Shown piece after piece: positions 54,810 to 64,000 of a stretch of 64,000 nt of DNA (its first letter is position 1; each line of letters opens with the position of its first letter). The DNA is from the human T2T-CHM13v2.0 reference genome, Homo sapiens: assembly GCF_009914755.1 (NCBI RefSeq), contig NC_060926.1. One strand, 5' to 3'. The notes under the pieces were generated by a model. The model made no database searches. It was not told the origin of the DNA and saw only the letters and a program-made list of their open reading frames with translations. Made by a program: the position numbers and the translations under genes.

Positions 54810-54935
54810 AGTTCTTGTTTCAAATAGGTGATAAGCATCTTGGGAACAAGGTTGTGTCTTATCCATGTTAATCCTGTGTACACCACAATCTCCATAGTGC
54901 TGAGCAAAAGACACTCAGCTAGCGGTTAGTTAATA
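54810..54935 (+). mobile_element. L2 3' end
   Basis: TAAGCATCTTGGGAACAAGGTTGTGTCTTAT...CATAGTGCTGAGCA. Confidence 0.55.
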
Positions 54936-54959
54936 AATCTTAAGATTTCTAGCCCTAGT

Positions 54960-55110
54960 GAAACATGTGGGAATATGGACCTGCTTGTGCACTATCAGTG
55001 GGAATATAAATTGATACAGCCTTTCTAGGGGGTAATTTGTCATGTATCAAACATAAAATGTTGAAGTCCTTCAACCTAGCAATTTCTAGCTAACATGTTT
55101 TTCTTGAGAT
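54960..55110 (+). mobile_element. L1ME fragment
   Basis: GTGGGAATATAAATTGATACAGCCTTTCTAGGGGGTAATTTG...CCTTCAACCTAGCAATT. Confidence 0.65.
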
Positions 55111-55193
55111 CTTTCTCTGTGTATCATTTCCCCATATCACCACCACTTCATTCTCTACCCCACCTATTTTTCCAAATTCGTTAAATCTCAGTC

Positions 55194-55378
55194 TTTATTT
55201 TTTTTAATTCTAACTTTATTGAGGTATAAGTAACAAATTAAAATTGTATAAGTTTAAGGAGCACAATGTGCTCTTTTGATATAGGTATATATTGTGAAAT
55301 GTTTATTAATCAAGCTAATTAACATATTCCTCACCTCTCATTGATGTGTATGTGTACATTGTGAGAATACTTAAATTC
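55194..55378 (-). mobile_element. L1MA8/9-type 3' end inserted in an L2
   Basis: AACTTTATTGAGGTATAAGTAACAAATTAAAATTGTATA...CAAGCTAATTAACATATTCCTCACCTC...GTGAGAATACTTAA. Confidence 0.85.
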
Positions 55379-55379
55379 T

Positions 55380-55595
55380 GAGGTCAAATGCAACCTCCTA
55401 TTGGAAGCTCTTCTTAATCTTAAAAATGTCAGGTGGTTTTATTTTGAATTCCCCAATATATCTCTTATCTCAGCATTCACTATTTAACTACATAACTGTT
55501 GTATCCTCTATGCTGATCAGAGTGTCTATCATATTGTATATACTAATACATGCCTATTAAATTAGTGCATAAATGATTGAGTAAATGAATGAATA
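55380..55595 (+). mobile_element. L2 3' region
   Basis: TCAAATGCAACCTCCT...TGAGTAAATGAATGAAT. Confidence 0.5.
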
Positions 55596-56267
55596 CTCTG
55601 ACATGTTTGTATCCATGGTGTGAATAATTGTCTGTAAATATTTAAAAATTACTTTAAAACTTACAAACCACCATAAAAATACTTTTTACATAGTGGAATG
55701 TCCTTATTTTATTAAAGAATTATTAAAGTATAAAAGAGAAGAAAAAACAAATTTAATGTTCTTTTTCTATAATCACTTCATCAAAGAATAGTCCATATGC
55801 TTACTATAGACATTGTCTTAGCAATTATGATACAGATGTCTATAAATAGAAAATGCATGGATCTGGGTCCTCCATTAGTGAGAATAATAAAACTGAGAAT
55901 GAATTATCCTGTGATCTTTGAATTGTTTATATCCGTGTTCTACTGTAGTCTAAAGTAGCTAGGATTTACTCCTTAAAAACGTTGAACAACAGCATGACTA
56001 ATAAGAGGACCCTCTTGGATCATTCCAACCAAAATGATTATTCCTTTTTTCCACTTCTTAAACTGCTAAGAATCCTTTAATAGGAACCCTCTTATAAATC
56101 TATAGTAAAGATAAAGAAGGCAACAAAGCAGCTATTTGAAAGAAAGTTCATTTTTTTATTTAGTTTTCTTATATGTTGCACATATTGAGAATAATCACTT
56201 TACTTATCTCTATTTTCCTTAAAAAGAATCTAAGATACCACTTTGTAAAATAGTAGACTATCACTCC

Positions 56268-56357
56268 TATGTGTGTGTATGTATGTATGTATGTATGTAT
56301 ATGTATGTGTATGTATATGAATGTATATGTATATATGTATGTGTGTGTGTATATATG
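56268..56357. repeat. (TATG)n/(TG)n compound microsatellite
   Basis: Directly visible. Confidence 0.9.
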
Positions 56358-57727
56358 AAATTTTGGGGAAAACAATTATACCCTATCACATCTAATCCTT
56401 AGCCAATTAATTAAATGACTTTTATATCTACCCAGATTCTTAGCATTCATTTGATACAATTGCCTAATTTATAAGTGGGGAAACTCAATCACACAGAGAA
56501 TTTTTTGTGTCTTTCATGGAAACTGAACCCAAGTACCTGATAGACATGCCACTGGTAACTACCTCCTCAGACCCAGTCCAGGGCTTCCAGCACCCATAAA
56601 TTCCCTCCCACTTCAATCAGTGTGTGATTTTAAAGTATTTTAAATGACAATTTAGATCTCATACTCTGTACATCTCAATCTAGTACTCACTTATCCCTGA
56701 ATTCATTCTAGTAAATACTCACAAGTTGAAAATAATATTTTCCAAACTTTTATTATACTGATTTGCCAAAAATAACACACAGCAGTAACCAAAACACATC
56801 ACAGACTCTCTTCTCTCTTTCATGCACACACACGTACACAATCTCTCTTTCTCTCTGTCTCTACTAAACCAACGGTAGTAATAGTTCCTGTCTAAAAGCA
56901 AGAAAACTTAAAAGAAAAAATATCTATTCTACAGCATGCAAATATTTCCTATGACTCTCTTATGCCATCCCCCCACCCCTTTGGTGAGATTAATTGTGTG
57001 ACAAATGACATGAGATGGCCTTATGAAATTTCAGTCTGGAGCAATTTTTACTGCTAATGGAAATTATAAATAATATGTGCCTTTCGTCAACTGCATTCTT
57101 CAGTAATCTAATTGTATCAAGCTAATGAGACCTGGGTTAGGAAATGTTCTGAGGTTCCCATGCCCCAGGTCAGGGAAGGCTGAAAACATCTTGGAGCAGA
57201 TGTGCTCAGTCTCAGGAGGATGGCGGCTGGAGCACTTGGTCACTCCACAAAGCACTGGCTGTGCAGGAGCCTGTGCACTTGACCTCTCTGCTAGAGGTAA
57301 AAAGCCTTCCTGTTGGTTAGCAGCAAAAATGAGGAGGGAGGAAGGGCAGAGGAAGATAAAATTCTCCCCTTCTTACCCTCTGTACCTCCATCTTTTATTA
57401 ATTTTGTAGAAGATTATCTCCATTTCTTCCCAGGGATAATGGCTGTAAATTCTGCCTTTTCAGAAACTAACACATGTCTTGGCATCTGCGTGTGCTGAAG
57501 TGTCCAGGTCAGGGGAGGGTTGCATGAAAACTAAAACACCTCTTTTCTTCATTTCTCCAAATCAATATTGTTTACTCTACAATTACAAAGGTTGATGCAA
57601 CACCACTCCAGGCTGTTATAGACTTCAACTGCTTCAAAGAATATTTTATATTATGGTTGGATGACAGGCATTTAAATAAAAAATTTCAACATGTTACTAA
57701 AGTGGCATATGCTATAACCTCCACCAG

Positions 57728-57728
<1 letters not shown>

Positions 57729-57782
<54 letters not shown>
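57729..57782. repeat. Perfect (CA)27
   Basis: 54 bp uninterrupted. Confidence 0.97.
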
Positions 57783-57783
<1 letters not shown>

Positions 57784-58100
57784 CCTTGGGGTTAGGATGT
57801 GTGGGCAGCTGAGCTGAGATATAATTACCTACATCCTCCGAATGATGTCACATAAGGGCAAGATGATCTTAGAGGTTGACTTTCATATTTTGGTCAATAT
57901 CCAAAATCCAATATGAGATTTTTTTCCCTCTCATTTACTCATAAGTTGCTTTTGTTTTGCTTTTTTTAGTTTTCTCATTTCAATTCAGCTGGAAAATAGT
58001 TTTCTTACTCTCTCTTTTTTCTTTGTGTTTTTATTTTAACCAAAGTACAATCATTCCTACTCTCCCATCTTTCCCCAACCCTATGTACCATGAGAGTGAG

Positions 58101-58104
<4 letters not shown>

Positions 58105-58134
<30 letters not shown>
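58105..58134. repeat. Perfect (CA)15
   Basis: Directly visible. Confidence 0.95.
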
Positions 58135-58135
<1 letters not shown>

Positions 58136-58259
58136 CTGTTACATCTGTGCTGCCTTTGTTCCTTTGACCCAAGGCAACACTGATTTCATAGTAGCATACT
58201 AGCAAAGAATTGTTCCTTTAGTAAGCCTCCTGGGGTTTTATTTAAGATGTTTCAAATGT

Positions 58260-58730
58260 CCAAGAATGAGGACACTCACTGCTTTTCTACGGATGTGATC
58301 AGTTCTCACGGTGAGCCTTTTTCCCTCTCTCTTCTCATGTTCAACCAAATTCTTTCCTTGCCCTTTGTGCTGTCCATTTGCAGTCTGCCAAAAGATTCTT
58401 CCTCTCCTGAGACATTTAAATCTTTCACATATTTGTAGACTGTTATCATGCTCCTCTTAGCAATCACTTAGCCAAAATATACATTACTTTGTGCTGTTTT
58501 AATCTCTCCCCATAAATCAAGCCTCTGGTCCCCTAGTCATTTTGTTGCTCATCTATGAAGTCACTCCAATTTGGCTTTGTGTTCTGAGGTGACAAAAATG
58601 GAAGACAGATATCCCTGCTTAGACTCAATTCTGTCATGTTGAGACACCATTACCTCCTGCTCCTTAACATGAAGCTTTTTTGTATGCCAACTAAACCAAT
58701 ACTCTTCTCATATTGTTGGATTGCATTGCT
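58260..58730 (-). mobile_element. Ancient CR1/L3-family LINE relic
   Basis: TTCACATATTTGTAGACTGTTATCATGCTCCTCTTAG...TCATTTTGTTGCTC...CTCCAATTTG...CCATTACCTCC follows the antisense CR1 RT/3' region. Confidence 0.65.
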
Positions 58731-59784
58731 GTCACATCCCTTTCTCCCTGAAGGTCTAACCTGGTGGGAACCTAGAAGTGGTTCATTATATTGTTTTTCA
58801 GCAACAATGAATATAGAAATCACATTTATATTTCTTTAAGACAGCAGAAGCAGACCCTCATGCCCCCACCCCAAATTCTCCAAACATTTATTGGAGCTAT
58901 TAATTTTTCACATTTTTCCAGGGAGTTTCCGTTAAGAATGAAACCAGACATGGAAATTTCTAGGCCTAACATTTTAGGAGAGGGAAGCAAAAGCTTTTAA
59001 TGAAAATACTTCTTGCAACTTTACCAAATATGCTTCAATATAGGCATAGAATCAAAAGTAGTTTCTTTATAAGCACTTGCTAAATTTCAGAAAGAAAATT
59101 AAATAAAACCTGAATACTTATGGAGTTCTTTGGAGGCACTTTCTTCCAAAAGTGTATCAGATTGCTTCTCTTAGATTTGTGTCATTCAGTGATAATCCTT
59201 CAGCTTCCTGATTGGCTAAAGTATTTGGAACCTGCTGGCTTTTGAATCACTCTTTATGCTGAAGGCGGGTGTGGCTGCTAATCTGTGGGTCATTAACACC
59301 TCATATATGTTAGTTCAGAGATGTGGGGTGTGCCTCTGTTTGCACTGCCAACATTCGTAGCATTTCTTGGAAATTCAGAGGTTTTGTTTTCTGAGGGTTT
59401 GGTTTGAAATATTTTCCACATAGGCATTTCACTCTCACTCTGAGTAATCAGTTATTTTAGAATTTGATTTTATTTAATTCTTCTTTTCTGAACTCATTGA
59501 TTAGTAGGGATATGCACCAGCTGGAAAGTCGGAAGAGGAGGTATAAGTGTTGCTTAATTGCTCTCTGGAGATGGTATCTTGGATAAAATGAGTATATCAC
59601 ATGCTTCAGCTCCATCTTGATCCTGATTCCCAGTCTTTATCTACAACATTTTCATTCTTGTGGAACATATCCACTCCAAGTTTGACTCTCGTGATAAATC
59701 TGAGACTGTTGTTCTATTAACATTAGAAAACTGAACTAATTCTCTTTCTCATGCTTTCTTTGGCATTTGACCTTGTATGCTACC

Positions 59785-60185
59785 TGTTAAATTAAGTTTA
59801 GCTTAAAGCTGCCTCCTTACATATTTTAAGTTCAGCCTAAAGGTTTCTCTATACATAGTGAACTCTATCCTAACTGGTTGTGTAAACAGACTGTAGCCTA
59901 CTCTTGTACCAATCATTGAGTTTTAGCCAATCAAAGGAGAACAACTGTTCAAACCGTGCTCAAATAAAGCAAATGCCAAGCTGTAAGCAATCCAGCTGTT
60001 TCCACAACTCACTTCTGTTTTCTGCATGTCATTTTCCTTTTTTTGACCATAAATCTTCTTTGCCCATGTGGCAGCTCTGGAGCCTTTCTGAACCTATTCT
60101 GGTTTGGGGATGGCCTGATTCTCAAATCATCCTTTGCTCAATCCAACTCTGTTTAATTTAATTTGACTGAGTTTTTTTTTTCTCA
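59785..60185 (+). mobile_element. MER57 (ERV1) solo LTR
   Basis: TGTTAAATTAAGTTTAGCTTAAAGCTGCCTCCTTACATATTTTAAGTTC...CA; perfect 4-bp TSD TACC at 59781-59784 and 60186-60189. Confidence 0.9.
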
Positions 60186-60609
60186 TACCTCTTAGGCCAT
60201 CGTATCTTTAATTTAAATGTTATACATAGGATATATATCCTAACATACAAATATATAGAAGCCTTGGGGTTTTTTTTCTTTAGTTCCTATATCCATATAT
60301 ATTAATGTATATTTCTTGCTTTTTCTCATTAGAATAAACATTCAAAATTATAATAGAGCAAAGTTCTTATCTGCTTTGCCCAACGTTTCTCAGAAACCAA
60401 AATAATTTATTGAAAAATATCAAGGTAGGGAATGTCAAACACATTGGAGAAAAGGTTTGTTTTGAAAATTTCATGAGTATATTTGCTTTTTAGGATATAG
60501 ATCATTTTATGATACCAAATGAATGATACAGAACAATAGCAGCAACACCAAACTCAACTCCTTACTGCAGCAAAGTAGTAATCCCAGGCACTAACTCACT
60601 TAGGCAGTG

Positions 60610-60995
60610 TTTCCTGCCACCAAGCTTTTGTAGTCGCTGTTCCTTCTACCTGAAATGCTCTTCACTCAGATACACGCATGACTTGTCACTTTTGCTCTAT
60701 CACATTTTTACTTAAATGTTCCCTTCTATGTGAGGCTGCCTTTGGCCAATTTAAAACTGCAACATTGATACAAGCACTTCCATCTACCTTCTCTGATTTT
60801 TTTATTTCCTCTATCCCTTATTAATATTGAGCATGTCTGATGTTTGACATATTTATTCTGATTTTTTCTGTCTTTTCTGCTAGAATATAAGCCTATAAAG
60901 GAAGACATTCTTGTCTTGTTGTTATATCTTTGGAATCTATTGTCGTCTTTAGCCCACTGCAGCACTTGGTAGGTATTTGCTGAATGAATAAATAA
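60610..60995 (+). mobile_element. L2 (L2a-like) 3' region
   Basis: GCTGTTCCTTCTACCTGAAATGCTCTT...CTAGAATATAAGC...TATTTGCTGAATGAATAAAT. Confidence 0.85.
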
Positions 60996-61819
60996 AAATA
61001 AAATTCCAATACGACCCAGTGAATTAGAAAGCACCTTGGAGTTTACTGTAACAGACTGACGTCTAACAGACATATTTCTCTAAAGCAAAACTAAAAATGA
61101 AGTAAATGTAATTGAAATGGCAGAATTGAATTTAGGGAAATTAATATGTTAATAGGAATTTTTTATTTCCTGTTTACATTTGCATTATACATACACACAT
61201 ATAGTCAACTTGCAAATAAATCATTAACTTCTAAGTGATAGTCTAATCGGATGAGGCATGTAGCCCATTGCTAATGTTATATCTCCCAACATTCTATAAG
61301 ATATAAAACAGAGAAGAGTATTCATTTAAGTAGGAGTGCTTACATAGAAGTAATGTTTTCCAAATCTCTCCACGTCTTCAGAAGTAAATGAAATCACATT
61401 TCTCCCATAAAACCACTGCCAACTACTTCAGTCCATATACATTATTCTATTCTCTACATTCATATTTCGGTTGATAGGTTTTGAGAATTTCTTTGTGCTA
61501 GATACCACTGAAGTGCTGGAGAGACACAGCTAAGGAGACATAATCTTATGAGACAGACTCTTGTTTAATTTAATTTTACCATGATCATTAAACAAAAATC
61601 CACTTCTTATTCACTTTCCCTGCTTTGATGTTTCTCCCTTGCACATATTATTATCCAACATACAACATATTTTACTTATTTATCCTATTTACTTCCAGCT
61701 TGTTTACCAAAATGAAAGACATGCAATCTTACAGCATACAGGACAAGATTCAGCACACAGAAGAACCTTCTCATCCTGCCTTTCGTTGACATTATGTGGA
61801 AATACAACAACTGTACTCC

Positions 61820-62325
61820 TGTATTTGTCAGGATACAATCAAAGAGCATAGACCATTCTGAGTATAAAAAACAAAAGGAATTTAAGACAGAATCACTGAT
61901 TACACCAAGATTTAGAAGAGGCAGCAAAGGCAAACTGGGTACGATGAGGCAATCCAGAGATCAGCAACAACAGAAAGTGTCCATCATCTGTACATTTGAG
62001 GGACAATGGGCCAGGTAGGCTATTGGAGCCCAAGGCCATGTTCACATGGAAGAACTGGAACCTTACTGGGCTCCTTCAGCAGAAACTGAGCCACAGAAGA
62101 AATTGAGCTACTGCTGGAGATACTGCTGTGGGTCAAAAAAGGGAAATCATTCTGCTTTCCCCTCACATACTGTCCAACCTCTCAGCAGCACCTCCCACTG
62201 GTGAAACCTAAGCCAAAGTCACCCCGCTCTTCTTGTGGGAGACGGGCCAGAGGCAAACAAAACATTTGGTCAAAGGGGCAGGATGGATGCTTCTGAAGGC
62301 AAGGAGGCTCAGCAACTGACAACAC
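61820..62325 (-). mobile_element. Old ERVL-class LTR relic, subfamily uncertain
   Basis: GTCAGGATACAATC...GGAATTTAA...GAGGCAATCCAGAGATCAGCAACAACAGAAAG...GAGGGACAA resembles an antisense ancient LTR. Confidence 0.45.
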
Positions 62326-62415
62326 CTAACATGGCAACACTTTTGACATGACAGTTTGAACATTAAATTCAACTACATTTTTCTTCAATGATGATTATTA
62401 TCAGAGGATAATTTA

Positions 62416-62751
<336 letters not shown>

Positions 62752-64000
62752 TTAAGGTTTAATCTCTTCTGCTTTTTACAGATCTCAACATTACCCAAGT
62801 AACAAATCTGTTTAATTTGATATTTATATTTTCTGTGTAAATAAGTAAGAAGTGGTAAGAAAATGACTACACTAGTTTAGCTTTTTTAAGGAAAATTAGG
62901 AATAAAAAACCTAATGCTTTTATGCCCTCCTCAGGGGAAAAAAAAATGCATAACAAAGAGAAAGAGACTGAAATCTGGAAACACCATATCGAAGGAAGAG
63001 CCTCTGTAAATACAGAAGTTTGGTGGGTATTTTTCAAGCTGCTTAATACTGCTGACTGGGCATCTTTACATGACAAACACCAGATGGAAAAATCAGTCGA
63101 GAGTCACAAGCTGAGGATGATTTCATTATAAAATGATCATTTACTCATAATTATCCAGAAAAGTCCAAAACCCTTCAGTGCTTTTGTAATAACATTTGTG
63201 TTACCAAAATATAGCATGAGTGTACTTTTGCTAAAAGTTTACACTCTAATCTGCAGGAGAAACCTAATTATTCTAATATGACACATAAAATGTCTGTCTA
63301 ATTTTAAAATTGAAATTCCGATTTCCAGTAAAACATTTCACCATCACACCATTTGCAGTTTTTCCTCCTAAACTGCTGTCTACAAAAATACTGTAATAAC
63401 ACAGCTTTTCTGATTAACCAAACAACCAATAATCAAGAAGACAGAGTGACTTACTTTCATCCTTATGTAAATAAAAAGCTTATTCTCATTCTCTAATAGC
63501 TGCACATAACAATAAAACGCTTTTAATAAGTTTTAAGAGACTTAGACCAAAAAATCAATTTAGCCAATGTCACTTCCATTGACCACACAGCGTGTCTAGG
63601 GCTGCATCATGACATGTTTGCATTGTTATTTGGTGGTAAACAAAATGAAAAGATCTGTCATTGGAATTTAAATAAGAGAGACTGGTTACATAAACTACAG
63701 CATTCTAAATTTCAGTACTGTACAGTCAACAGCTTGAAGCTCCCCCTGCCAGCTAAACACAGTTGAATTGTTTTTCCAGAGAGGAAAGATTAATAGCTAC
63801 AAATCACAACCTTTGACTTTTGACATAAATTCTAAGTGAAATGCAATTGGAAAAGCTGGTGAAACCTTAAGTTATTGCTATAAAGGAGTATAATGACCGC
63901 ATATCTACAATAACTAAATATATACACCCAATTTGGAGTCAGATTTTCTCTCCAGCTTACATTAGAGTATGTCTTATGAATGTACAAGTTTTAGGTTTGC

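Overview
AT-rich, repeat-dense primate genomic DNA, most likely human or great ape (AluY, L1PA2-type 3' UTR, THE1 LTR). I find no intact protein-coding gene, tRNA/rRNA, CpG island or CRISPR-like array; the ORF track is mostly noise or repeat-derived. Recognisable content: a processed RPL17 pseudogene (12951-13570), 8 Alus, many L1/L2/MIR/CR1 relics, an internally deleted THE1B provirus, a MER57 solo LTR, hAT MITEs and microsatellites. Several non-repeat blocks look like candidate enhancers. Repeat orientation and two well-formed splice-site pairs suggest, but do not prove, that the window lies in long intron(s) of a minus-strand transcription unit. I do not see a wholly new biological system. 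The most unusual items are (1) a short young L1 whose 5' end is fused to ~144 nt that I recall as internal MAT2A 3'UTR sequence, (2) two Alus of different age inserted at the same nucleotide, leaving three copies of one 15-bp TSD, and (3) templated palindromes and a microhomology deletion inside repeats. All family assignments are by eye against remembered consensus sequences; boundaries of old repeats are approximate.
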